64,000 nucleotides of DNA from Octopus sinensis (lineage: Eukaryota), in NCBI RefSeq assembly GCF_006345805.1, contig NC_043008.1, positions 69,812,001 through 69,876,000 of the forward strand. Direction: 5' to 3'. The translations under genes were made by a program, and so were the position numbers. The notes beneath the pieces are model-generated. The model did no database searches, was not told the DNA's origin, and worked only from the letters and a program-made list of their open reading frames with translations. Shown piece by piece: positions 25,011 to 37,680 of this stretch (the first letter of the stretch is position 1; every line of letters starts with the position of its first letter).

Positions 25011-26019
25011 TATGTGTATGTATGTATGTATGCATATATTTATATATTATTTATATTATATTAAATATATATATATAAAATAATTATATATCTTGGTTTT
25101 ATATTGCGTCTATCCACCTTCGTTATTTTATATGTGTGTGTGTGAATATTAAAGGTCGCCAAACAAACGAATTGATTCTACGGGTTAGTTGTCAACGCAA
25201 TTTATAAAAGGCAAGTGAATCGGTTAACATGTTCTCTTTTTCCGGCTGTTAAAATGGTGTCAGTATTTTGATAGATGACCACAGCACGACATTGCATTTG
25301 ATAGGATTGAATTTCAGAATCGCTGTTAGTAATTTCTCTTGATGTTCTCAAGTTCAAATCTCGCCAATGTCAGCTGTCATCGTTCTAAGTTCTATAAAGT
25401 ACAAGGATTAATATTAGCGTTAAAAACTTTCCTCATATCTATTACCTGTTTGAAATTCATATTATGTAGAAAAAAATTTATTTTTTACTCTCGCTTTCTC
25501 CTTGAACGAAACCATTTAAACGTAAGAAAATTCCTCGTGATTATTCGCTTTTCAACCTAAATTCTATTTTAATTTTCTTATGAATTTTTATTCTATTAGT
25601 AACTATCCTTTTTTTTTTTTTCATACTTACCTATCTATTTTAAAATTCATTATCTAGCGTATTTCCCCCTTTTAAGTGTTATTAATGGTTGCATGTCTAT
25701 TTTATGACAGCTCACTTCCTCATGATCCTCACCAGTTCCTATAAGGCAGGGCTGTCAGATATACATGCCCTTCGTCTATGTGTGTGTCTTGGTGTTTTTC
25801 CTCAACCCATTGCTTGGACACCTGGAGTCACTTTGATCTTCTAAACTCTTAAGGTGGTGACCTAACATGATCGTTGTCTACTACACTGAAACAAGAAAAA
25901 GACAGGTTAACATGCATTTTATCGCTGTAAAATACTGAAATTAAATTGTCCCTTTAAAAATGAAAGTATATCGTGATAGAAACTGGAAGTGATGACAGTG
26001 GCGTACTAAGATTTCATGA

Positions 26020-26300
26020 AATGCGTTTGATATCCGACGGTTGTGCTTCACATGTAGGTCTCGGCAACTTCTATACTCATGAAGTTGTCAACTATTCCCT
26101 CAATTTTGTTGATCCAAATGATGACAGCGTCCATACACAGACTATTGGAAGATGCTGGATGCTCGCCAAGTAGAGACTGAGGCGACAGTGTGGAATTAGC
26201 AATTATTATTTACACCGTGTCGTGTTGAGCATGTGTGACGAAACAAATTTAGAGATCGTGAAAATCTATTTACGAATCTCATTTCGTGCATCATTGACTG
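26020..26300 (+). pseudogene. Merlin (IS1016/IS1595-like) DDE transposase relic
   Basis: LISDGCASHVGLGNFYTHEVVNYSLNFVDPNDDSVHTQTIGRCWMLAK matches SDxWxxY..H..VNHS.NFVDP..HTQ.IE..W; stop codons follow. Confidence 0.85.
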
Positions 26301-26564
26301 TTGTTTTCTCATAAACGTGATTGTTTTCATGTGATATAAAACATACGGTTTTCATGAAATATTAAGTATATGTACACTTACATATTGGACACAATGATGC
26401 GTCACATAGTGTTTATTATGAAATTACGGGAAATCGTTGTATTTTCTAAGGAAAATTTACATGAACTATTTCGCGACGGTAAACCACATGGAGCCGTGTT
26501 TGATAGGAGTTTCGATTAGTCAGATCAGGGCACCTTAATAAATAGGATACGTAATTTTATGTGT

Positions 26565-26810
26565 ATATGTCTTAGTGCGAGGTCGTGATTTCAATTCCCA
26601 CACCGGGCGTTGCGTTGTGTTCTTGAGCAAAGCACTTCATTTCACGTTGCTCTACGATCATTTCGTCATCTGACAGATAATGTCGATTTGATGGAGGGGG
26701 TGAACTTATGTGAACTCAAAACATTTGATCACTATAAACAAATCAAGTATGTGGTGGTTCAGTAAGGAATTGCAGAATCCTCATACGTTGTCAGAAGTGA
26801 TGGAAGAATC
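26565..26810 (+). mobile_element. tRNA-derived SINE (family C)
   Basis: gaggtcgtgatttcaattcccacaccgggcgttgcgttgtgttcttgagcaaagcacttcatttcacgttgctc; related minus copies at about 37120-37280 and 56835-57010. Confidence 0.75.
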
Positions 26811-27077
26811 CATGAGATATATGTCATTTTTTGCTCGTTTTCCCAACTGCTGTTATGTTGAATTTTTCAGTGTCAATGGTAGTTGAGGGTTTTAACTCAA
26901 CTTTCTAGAGGGTAGGTGCTTTGTGTGCCCTTATGATAAATGGAAATTTTAATTGTATAGCTATCTAACGCCTGCAACCACCTATACTGTTGTTGTTATT
27001 AATCACTTTATATTTACCGCAAATAATAATAATAATATCTAGAGAAATATTCAGTTTTGAATATTTACTCATTATAT

Positions 27078-27925
27078 ATACATAGAGGGTGCGGTGAATA
27101 AACTCGTTTAAATTATGCAAAAATGTTAATAACACTGACATCTCATTTTAGCACATATATTTACCGAAGTTGCATAAAAATATCTTGAAATACTAAAGAG
27201 TAAATTTATTCAATACAATTGCCATTGACTTCAACCATGGCCTCTTGACAACTTCGGAATCTCTTGCAACTCTTTTGGACGCTTCCCTTGTTTAAGTTGG
27301 TGAATGCTGCTATAATCCTTGCTTTCAGTTCATCATTGGTGCATCCCACACATAATAATCAAGCGGGTTGCAGTCTGGGGAGTTAGGTGACCAAATGTTT
27401 GGGATGATGTGATCGCAGAAATTGTCTGGCAGCCATGACTGGATTCTCCTGCTTGTGTGGCATGGTGCAGAGTCCTGTTGCCAGACATAGTCTTCCAGCA
27501 GCCATCCTCTTGACCCATGGCAGCATTACCTCCTCAAGGCACTTGATGTAAGCCTTTGTGTTGAGTCTGAGGCTGTGTGGGGAGATGAATCAAGACATAA
27601 CGTCACCATCACTAGTGATCACTCCAGACACCTTGATGTTGACTGGATGTTTGATTTTTATCACTCTCCCTACATGTCCTCAGATTGACACCCAAACACT
27701 CTGAAATATTCGTATAGGAGCTTCCAGCACGAATACCAAGCAGTACAGCATGTCGTTTCAAAATTTTTGGCAGAGTGAATTGCGTTATGGTGCTGTTTTT
27801 CTCACAGATGATGCCCAACTGACCCTGCTATACTGTGTAGTCAACAGAATCAAAAACAAGGCACTTGCATGAAATTAAAAATATAAAATGGTGACAATTT
27901 ATCCATTGTACCCTGTGTATACATA
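27078..27925 (-). mobile_element. Decayed Tc1/mariner element (maT/DD37D-like)
   Basis: Minus frames give RHAVLLGIRAG..ISECLGV and WQQDSAPCHTSR..WSPNSPDCNPLDYYVWD; imperfect TIR-like ends next to TA. Confidence 0.8.
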
Positions 27926-28504
27926 CACACACACACACATTTATATACATATATACACACCATATGGATAAAATTTTCACAAACATCTCAGTCTGTTACT
28001 AATACCTCATTCATTTTGTTATAATGTATATTGACCTCTTCATCTACTTACTTAGGCCTAGATTACAAATACAGTTTTAGGAATAATTGTTCCTACCAAG
28101 GCCTTGAGATCTAGTTTGTGCTTAAACCGCAAAGCCAAAAGTATGTTTGGCAGTCGTCAGTGATTACAAGGCTTTAATTCTACACGGTGGGTTGAATTGC
28201 TAAATAAAGCAGCCAAACTCTCTCCGAAATAACACCATAATACTTTACAAAATGTAAGACGTTCTTCTATAATGTAGTCCTAGATACACTATGCCTGAAA
28301 AAAAAAAGAGGTGATGGTCACAGAGAGGCTATCGCTGATTGTAAATCTTAATCAAGACTGAACTTATGGCTAAACCACCACACAACCACTACCATGATAC
28401 TGATATCATGTGTTTCGTTGTTACTTGTAGTACCCTTACTACTGTGAGAACTGTGTTAAACCTGGTGTTTCAACATCTGTTCACTGTTTGCTATATTTCT
28501 ACAG

Positions 28505-28620
28505 AACCATGACATGGTTCCACAAACTCTTTGTTTTCCTTTATCTTTCGATGTTTTGCGCATCATTTATGGCTGTCGTAGCTGTATGTGGTCGGCATGG
28601 CTGGATTAACTTGATGCAAG
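28505..28620 (+). CDS. Candidate exon encoding a signal-peptide-like start: MTWFHKLFVFLYLSMFCASFMAVVAVCGRHGWINLMQ
   Basis: Acceptor ctatatttctacag; ATG at 28509 in aaccATG context; hydrophobic core; donor CAAG|gtttgt. Confidence 0.35.
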
Positions 28621-28945
28621 GTTTGTAAAATATGTTATAAAATGGTCTCAAATTATAAACTGCTATTTTATTATATTATAAAGGTATTCCTGTAGAATAG
28701 AGTCGGAAATTATCTAGTGCACCAAACTCCGCAGTTTCTTCAGATCTGTTTTAAGCATTGGAGATAAAATATTTTGGAAAGGAGTGGTGGGGAGATCGGC
28801 ACCATTTTCTTGTAATTTTACAGTTTTGACTTAAAGAGATGTTTTTAAATATATATTTTTTAACATCTGACATTGATTCTTCAAAATTATGAGGAGCATA
28901 AAGCAAAAACATTTTCCAAGAGGTCTAAACTAAAAATTTACTCAC

Positions 28946-29160
28946 AGGGGAAGATGTGGGTAGCCTCCCTATGTTGTTCATTTTTTGAAGATTTGTATTC
29001 TGTGATGCTTAAAACATGTAAACATGAAGAAATTAGAGATTTTGGTGCCCTAGATAAAATTTCCAATTCTATATGAATACTGTTAAAATTTTCAAAGATC
29101 CAATTGCATTTTTCAAGACTCCAGTGTGTACAATAAATCACTTTGCATGGCGTGGGGTAA
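28946..29160 (-). CDS. Candidate 215-nt exon: YPTPCKVIYCTHWSLEK...EATHIFP
   Basis: Acceptor tcattatcag, one open frame, perfect donor gtgagt. It lies in one arm of an old palindrome, so it may be fortuitous. Confidence 0.3.
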
Positions 29161-29269
29161 CTGATAATGAATACCAGGGTACCATACATAATGAACAAAA
29201 AAAAAATAAATAAAAGAGATAAGAAATGAAATCAGTTTTAATAAGTGTTATTAGAATATTATTTGAAAG

Positions 29270-29544
29270 GAAGGGAGAAAGTCTTTGACGTTTCGGATGC
29301 TAGTCCTTCATCAGAAAAAGGAAACAAAATATAGAAAGACAGTGGTGGGAAAGAAAGCAAAAAAGAGGCAAAAGAAAAGCAGTTTAGGGGCCAGGAGGGA
29401 ATGCAGTCCAATGAGAAAGAGTAAGTATGAGAGGAAGAAGCAGGGTAGTATGTGCATATATAGAAAGGTATTTGTGCCTAGAGACAAGCATAAGGAGAGG
29501 GATTTGTACGGTCTGGGCTCCAAAGTCCACCATGAATCTGTTTT
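29270..29544 (-). mobile_element. Penelope-like element terminal fragment
   Basis: Contains the PLE-typical gacgtttcgg..ccttcatcag motif and a purine-rich body; sits between 39-bp direct repeats. Confidence 0.65.
29281..29322 (-). ncRNA. Putative minimal type I hammerhead ribozyme
   Basis: Minus strand uuuuu-CUGAUGA-a-gga-cuagca-ucc-GAAA-CG-UC-aaaga: intact core, short helix II, palindromic ACGU helix III, GUC cleavage triplet. Confidence 0.55.
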
Positions 29545-30099
29545 CATGGTGTTGGGTAACTGATAATGAATATCATGGTACCACTATTATCTTTACTGAA
29601 AAGTCTGATATTTTCTTGATGGCAGATGTGTTTGAGGCATTTAGATGACTGTTTATTTCTAATTTACAGAAGTAAATGGTTAAAGTGAAAACTTTACCCA
29701 ATAAAATGCAACTTATATCTTATCTGTTTTAAATGTCCCAATTTGATTCGGTGGAAATAATTAACATTGCAGCGTCTGTAATACATTAGTATTAATCTAG
29801 TTTGTTCAACCATTTTATTTATGAGAAAAATAATAATTAAACTCAATTATTGTGTGACGAGTTTAATGCACCGAAATAAGAGGAGTAGAATGGCAAGCTT
29901 ATTAATTAGCAATCTGACAACATTGGAGTAGGTCTGTCCATTTACTGCTGTCATTCAATTTGATTATTGCATCTAGTTCATTGTCCGCTGCTTTAAGAAT
30001 GTATTAAATGTTCTGTTCCATCGAAATATGGCTGTATACAAGAACAGTTTTATTATTCTTTTACAGTAATATTTTAATTTTTACCGAAATACTATCATC

Positions 30100-31400
30100 A
30101 TCATTTAACATCTATTTTACATGCTGGCATGGGTTAAACAGTTCAACAGGAACTTACAAGCCAGAGGGCTGTGCCAAGCTCTTAGGTCTGTTTTGGCATT
30201 GTCTACAGTTGGATGCCTTTCTTAATGTGAACCACTTTACAGTTTGTATCACAGTTTGTATCACTTTACAGTTTGTAGTCTTTTCACATAGCATTGGCAC
30301 AAGGGAGGTAGCTGAGTAACACACAAGACAAGTGGCCTTCAGCTGAGTGGAGGTATATATATAGAGTGAGACAGCTTTATGTCAGGTGATGAGAGATTAA
30401 AGTGTGATGGAAGAAAACGGGCATTTTGTTGTAGTGGCAATACATGACTACCTAAGCTGGAAAAAAAGAGATGGTCATGAGGTGTGAGGACATGTCTTCC
30501 AATTGCAGGAAAGGGAATAGAAAGGAACTAGCACTGAGGATCAGATAGTGTGAGTAGGTAGGTAAGTTTGTGACAGTGTAAAAGGAGGGTAGCAGAAGGA
30601 TAGAGATGGGAATAGTGGTGAACGTAGTGAATGGTGAATAAGGATAATGGTATGATCAATAATGAATATCAGTTTTGTGGGTGAAGGTGGGCAATGGATT
30701 TAATAGGAGGCAGCACAGAGCCAAGGATGAGGTCAGAGATACATAGGGGGTGGAAATAACGACAAACAAATGTAGTGGGGCTGTCGACGGCAGAATGGGG
30801 TTTGGGGGAAGGAGTGGTGGTGGTGAATAGGGTGTTCAGTGGAAAATAAAGTGATAGGGGTTGATATTGAGAATCATCATCCTCCTCCTTTAATGTCTGT
30901 TTTCCATGCTGGCATGGATTGGATGGTTTGACTGGCGCCCACACTGGAGAACAGAGCCAGGTTTCAATCTGATTTTGCCTGGTTTCTACAGCTAGATGTC
31001 CTTCCTAATGCCAACCACTTTACGGTGTCAGTGCGAATGACAAAAGGAAGTGCTTCCAGTGAGAGCAATAACTGGCAGCACAGACAAAATATGCGTTTCT
31101 TCTATCACATAATTACAACAACTGAGTGAGCAGTGTAATAGCCAGTTGAGTGATGGAGTAATAAAAAAAGATTGGTGTGAGTGCTCAAGCCACAAAAAAA
31201 AAAAGCACTGGTGATTGTACCTTGTAAAAAGCACCCAGAACACTCTGTAAAGTGACTGGCATTAGGAAGGATGTCCAGTTGTTGAAACTAAATCAAAAAC
31301 AAACTATGGAACCTGGTGCTTCTTTTGGCCTTACCAATTCCTGTCAAGCCATCCAACCCATGGCAGCATGGAAAATGAATGTTGAATGTTGAATATGATA
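30100..31400. mobile_element. Cluster of RTE-type 3' tails in both orientations (about 30100-30330 -, 30880-31030 -, 31130-31400 +)
   Basis: Repeated ttccatgctggcatgg.ttgga..gg / ccatccaacccatg.cagcatggaaaa and tacag.t.gatg.cct.c.taa.g motifs. Confidence 0.75.
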
Positions 31401-31748
31401 ATATTATATATACATTTTCAAATGTAATTAAAGGATATTACTTTGTCTATGAGCTTCTTGGGGTGGGGGTGATTCTGTTGCAGCTGTAGCACCTACTTTA
31501 GAATACCACTATGTCTTGAGTGAATTTAGAATCTCTAACCACCACCACCACCACCACTACTACTACTATAACTTCCCCCTCTTTTTTCTCCTTTAACCAA
31601 CCCCTATTCTCTGTAAGAAGAATTGGTCCTTTATTTACTTACTGACCTGAAAGAATGGGAAGGAAATTGAAGTTGATAGAACAAATACCCTAAGGCATTT
31701 TAGCTGACACTATAATGACTCTGCCAATTCAAGCATATGTGTCTCTGT

Positions 31749-31780
<32 letters not shown>

Positions 31781-33107
31781 TCTATTTGGGGTACTTGAAA
31801 TGAAAAGCTTTATAGCATATGTAACAGTTGTTATAAGTTGAATGTCGCACTAGTGGTAGGGTAGGGCAGGATAACACTCCTATTGCTACATATATAAATA
31901 TATCTACTGGCAGGGCTTGAACTCAGAAACTTCACTTTCAGTACAATATTTCAATGGTCTTTATCACTACTGCACATGTAGAAAGAGCAACTGCAGTCTT
32001 TCAACCTGCTGGAAACAATCACCATTTCTATCTCTCAGAATACATCTTACTGTTTTTTTTTTTTTATTATTTGAAATAATAATGGAAGGTTACATTAGAT
32101 AATGTTACCAAAGGCATATTATTGCCTTGCAAAAGAAGAAAAAAATATACAGGAAGAATGGTTGTCTTTGGAATACCTTCAAGCACAGATCTGCTCAATC
32201 AGAGCTGACTTGGGGTTAAATGACAGCAACAACAGTAACACTAATGAAATGCTGCAGTATCTTATCTTAGTTACATTATTGGTAGCCATATTTTACTGAA
32301 ATCTATGCTGGCCTTAATGACTAGGTTTTCTGTTAGCGCCAGTTTGTCTGAGAATTTTAAATAATTTAACAACATCTCATCAGAGAAGTTCAGGTATTTA
32401 ATTCCACCTCAATCATGTTGTTAACTTGTTGAGCAGTTAAATTGATCTGAGATGGAAAATATCTGTAAAATATCAGATTTAGCAATGACAAAATCTAAAG
32501 ATTGATTATTATATAATTATTGTGTGTTGTAATATTCTATTGGGTCATCCGAAAAGTCTTCGTAGAATGTGAGATACAAGGAAGGGCATTTTCTTTTGTC
32601 ATATTCTGGACAATATTTGTTGTCAATTAACTCTTTTCATAAAAGCTACTCTACCAATGAAAAGAAAAATAACTGTTCACAAATATATACATACAGCAAA
32701 GGATTGAGTTAAATTTAGTTGGAAAACAGATTTGTAGTTGCTTTCTTTATGGAGACAACTGATGGCTGAGTACAATCAGCCCAGATTTTGCTGGTTCATA
32801 TTCAATCAATGGCGATAGTTTTGTCACTGTGATCAAGACACAAATTTTTCTATGCCTGTATACCACCAATTGCAAACCAGTGAAAACTGTAGATTCTAAA
32901 TTTCACCACTTTCCTTTCTATTCATAAATATATTTCTTCATTGCGGTTATTTTCATTTAAACAGACAATTTTGTTGATTAGCTAATAATGGAGTCTATTT
33001 TGTTGTGGACCCTGCTAAAATAGCAACCAAATTTCTTTCAAATGACACTCAACATCTTCAAAATGGTAGGACATGTTGGAAATTGTAGTCTAGTTAAAAA
33101 TTAATTG

Positions 33108-33320
33108 AATGGTCATTACAGCAATGGACTGTCACAACTAAATGAGATGGTCATAACTATACAAGATGATCATAGTGAAATGAAATGACCATAATTACAT
33201 GAGTTGGTATTTACTAAAACAGGATGGTCATAGTTAGATGAGTTATGTCATAGCTAGACAGGATCCTCATAACTAGATAGAACAGTCATAATCAGATGAG
33301 CAAGTGGTAGCTAGGATGTT
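33108..33320. repeat. Degenerate minisatellite, about 19-bp unit (gatggtcatag/actaga..)
   Basis: About 10 diverged copies of a tcata(a/g)cta core. Confidence 0.6.
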
Positions 33321-33489
33321 TGTTGAAAATTTGTGATCTCACAAGTCTCCTTTCTGAAAACTGACTCAGAATTAAACAACGCTCGTGCATGTATTAACAT
33401 AGATGCATGTAAACATAAACATACATATATGCATTAATGCCAGCACACAAAAACGTTTGCCCCAAACTCATATAATCACACTTGTCAAA

Positions 33490-33530
<41 letters not shown>

Positions 33531-33993
33531 TATATATACACCCACACATACTCATGTGAAAACATATATACACACACAGATAAGTATAATATTGATATGC
33601 ACAAGCATATACACATATGCAAATATATACGCACATACACAAAAACAGCCACACAATGAACAAATGCATACACATATGTAACAAATCTACACACACGAAT
33701 GTGTGTGCTCACATAAACACACTTATAAAAACATATCCATACCAATACATATACGCATCCAAAGCATACACACACACGCATATATAAACTCTCTATGTCA
33801 GTTTATATACCCACATTACACACACTTACACATCCATTTCAGCATACACACATCCAGAACAAAAAAGACACATACATATATAAATTCTTTAAAGAGCTAA
33901 TTAAGAACAATAAGCAGACATTGAAATTTAATGAAGAAATTATCGTTATATTCCAACCATTCCACTGATGTCTGTTTTTGCATAATTATTTAT

Positions 33994-34091
33994 TTATTTC
34001 TTCAATAAATTCTTGATGGCATCAACCAATTCACTCTGTGTTTTCTTATGTATGTTTTGTGTTTTCGATTTTATATTTTCTACTCTGGCAT
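33994..34091 (-). CDS. Candidate terminal coding exon: (D)ARVENIKSKTQNIHKKTQSELVDAIKNLLKK*
   Basis: Strong acceptor atatattttacag; 98 nt in phase 1 ending in TAA; amphipathic helix-like composition. Confidence 0.5.
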
Positions 34092-34551
34092 CTGTAAAAT
34101 ATATTTCATATAACTTTGTGATGCTATCTTTTTGCATCATGGCACTATATGTGCATACACACGCACACATACACACACATATGTATGTGTACATGTATTT
34201 ATATGCACATGTTTTTGTATACATACATTCTTATGTATATAATACATAAATGCAAAAATGCTTATAAATGTATATTCAAGCATATATACACATACAATTT
34301 TGCATATGATATATATATGTTTGCATATACAATATATATGTATATGCATGCAATTTGCATATAATATGTATGTATATATATATATATATATATATGCACA
34401 TACACATACAATTTTGCATATAGTATATATATGTATTTATATACATATAGACATTGTTGTTTAAATGTATATTTATACACACACTTATGAACACTTTTTC
34501 TTCAATTTTTGTTTATTAATGTTTATATATACATACATACATGTGTGTGTA

Positions 34552-34591
<40 letters not shown>

Positions 34592-35147
34592 GGATATATA
34601 CATTTTTTCCATATTTGGTTGTGGAGTTTTTATATTGATTGACAAGTTTCAGTATCCTTAGAATAGCCATTTCATCTATAGAACGGTTCTGTGGTTCTCT
34701 CAGAGGTATTGTCAATGTCATATTCCTGGAGCCTCTCTTTTCCAGTCACTGCGAGCATCAATTCAAACCGAAATTTCTTTGATCACTTCGCAGTTGCTTT
34801 GGTTGCAAGAGAGAAAAACACTACCGTCTACCCCATCTGCTTTGCACATTATTAATAATAATAATAATGATAATATTAATAATAATAATAATAATAATGA
34901 TAAAGAAAAATATTTATTTCCTTACCAATAAACAGACAATTTCGCTGTCTGTTATTTTTCTCTCCATGTCTGTCTGCTGACAGGTTTTTATTCTTACCAA
35001 TTCTTTTATACATACATATATATGTATAAAATATACACACACACACACACACATATGCTTATTTTTGTGTATGTATATGTACTAATATCTCTCTCCTCCT
35101 CCTCCTCTCTCTCTCTCTCTCCTCCTCCTCCTCTCTCTCTCCTCCTC

Positions 35148-35235
<88 letters not shown>

Positions 35236-35278
35236 ATACAATATATATATATATATGATATCTATATATATGTATATA

Positions 35279-35338
<60 letters not shown>

Positions 35339-35927
35339 TGCGTGTGTGAGTTTTTATATATTTTTGTTTATAGTTTTCTTTCAACATTTATTGTGTCTGT
35401 ATCTGAGTGTTTGCATGTATATGCACATGTGTGTGTGTGTGTGTCTATACACACACACACACACACACACACACAGGCGCATTCTTGCGTGTGTATGTAT
35501 GTGGTGTGTGTTTATATTAGAATATTAAGGTGTCATACAGGTACAAACTTGCCTATTGTGAAGATTCTCTTATGTAATGGTAATGTAGACTCTTTGGAAT
35601 CGGTAAAGTGATAAAACAAACTTTTGTCTTTTGTTTTTTTTTGTCTCTTTTTATAGTGTCTCTCCTTCTTTGTTTGTTTTGCTTTGTTGTTTGAATGGTT
35701 GGTGGTAATGATGGTGATGGCTATGATGGTGGAGCAGAGAACAGTGGTGATGGTGGTGGTGGTGATATACCTGTGATGGGTGGTGAAGAGGGGTGTTTGA
35801 TAAAGTAGAATGAAGTGGTGGTGGTAGTGAGGATGATGATGGTGATGATTCTGTTGTGTGTGTAGTGATGGTCATGGTGGGTGTGTTATTGGTAGTGATA
35901 GTGATAAAGGTGAAAAAATATGAGAAA

Positions 35928-35981
<54 letters not shown>

Positions 35982-37499
35982 ATTTATTAAACACGATGAA
36001 CAATAATAAATATAAAAGGTAAGGATGAAAAAGTAAAAATATGATTTAAAAAATTTTTTTAAAGTGTAAAATAAGACTTAACCATCTCCGCCAACACTAA
36101 CAAGAAAATCAGACCAAAAAAAAAAACAGTATGTAAACATTGATCTTGCTAACAGGATATATACATACACATACACACAAATGCATGTATGTGCACGTAT
36201 ATATAAATACATATATATGCATGTGTATACTTACATCTATATATATATAAGTATGTTTGTATATATATGTGGGTATATGTATGTTTTGCTAGTTTGTTGG
36301 TGTAATATTGAGAAATAAACGTTAAGTGAAAAACTAAAACACAAATATAGTTTATTAAAATATAAACTTAAAAAATACAACTGAAATGTGAAATGGAAAA
36401 AGACAACAAAATGATTACAGACACACTTGCATCCATATGTGTGTGTATTTATATCTGTTAATATATACTTGCATCATATGTATATATGTACACACAAACA
36501 TGTATGTATGCGTATGTTTGTATATATGCATGTGTGCTTGTCTTTTTTTTTTTTTATTTATCTGTATATCCATAGATATATGATGTATGTATGCACACAT
36601 CACTCACACACACATACACACATGTTTTTTTTTTACTGTCAGTTTGAAGACAGATCAACAAATTCTAGATTGATATGATATAAATAAAACACATGCAGAG
36701 ACACACACTTAGATGAAACACACACACACACACGAATACATATACACATGCACACAAGCATAATCATCACCCACATTCATCTCTAACAAGAAGTACATAG
36801 CTTTTTTTTTTTTAGCTACTAGAAGTTTTAATATTGCCATCTTTTGTAAGATATTGTCTGTAAGTTTGTTAGAACTGGCAAGAATGGTAGAACTGGAACA
36901 GTCTGGTACAGTCTCAGACATCAATATTGTCCTATTGTTAATATCTTCTGAGTTCTTGTAGGTCAGTTATTGCTGTTGTACTTACTGTTTAGCTCCAGAT
37001 CAACTCTGATGCCGCAGTAAAGTAAGCTTCCTTGACATTGCTGTCTTCAAGTCCTAGGACTTATGGGGCTTGTCAGCCAGTTACCTAGTTTCCATGTCAA
37101 CACTGCCTCAGAACAGAACACCAGTCTCTCACAGGGTTGATTGTTCTTCTGCTGCTGAGTGAAATAGAGTCACATAAAATGAAATATGTTTTACTCAAGG
37201 ACATAATGTATCACTTGGCCCAGGAATTGAAACTACAATTTTGCAATCATGTGCAACTCCCTAACCACTAGGCTACTTGCATTCATAGGTCTGATGTTGC
37301 AGACCTGTGATCAAAAGTTCCATCCCAGACTATCCCATTCCCATATATCTAATGTATGTGTATGTATGTGCACATATATATATATATACACATAGATACA
37401 TATCCAAAGCCAGAAACTTTCCAGCACCACCTTGTACACACATACATGTGTGTGTGTGTATATACATACAAGAAGGTGCTAAAAAATTCTTCATTTTAA

Positions 37500-37680
37500 G
37501 GGTGTCACGAAAGGCTTAGATGGTGGTTCAACCTGCCACGTTCTTTTGCAGGGCTTAGAGAAACTGAAGAACTATTGCAATAAGTTTGTGAATCTGAGAG
37601 GGGAATATGTTGAATAAAATCATAAGTAACTGATCTTCCTGTAATTTTCTTTTACCTAAAACCAGGAACTTTTTAGCCCC
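37500..37680 (+). mobile_element. Mariner 3' end fragment
   Basis: GLEKLKNYCNKFVNLRGEYVE*, the typical mariner transposase end, followed by TIR-like ccaggaactttttag. Confidence 0.65.

Noticed and set aside
26380-26520. Minus-strand exon ending at a perfect gtaagt donor
   Set aside because: All frames contain stops; it could be UTR but has no supporting evidence.
31935-32050. CSLSTCWKQ resembling Wnt CSLKTCW
   Set aside because: Lacks the CKCHG..SG context, has no usable donor, and no other Wnt exons were seen.
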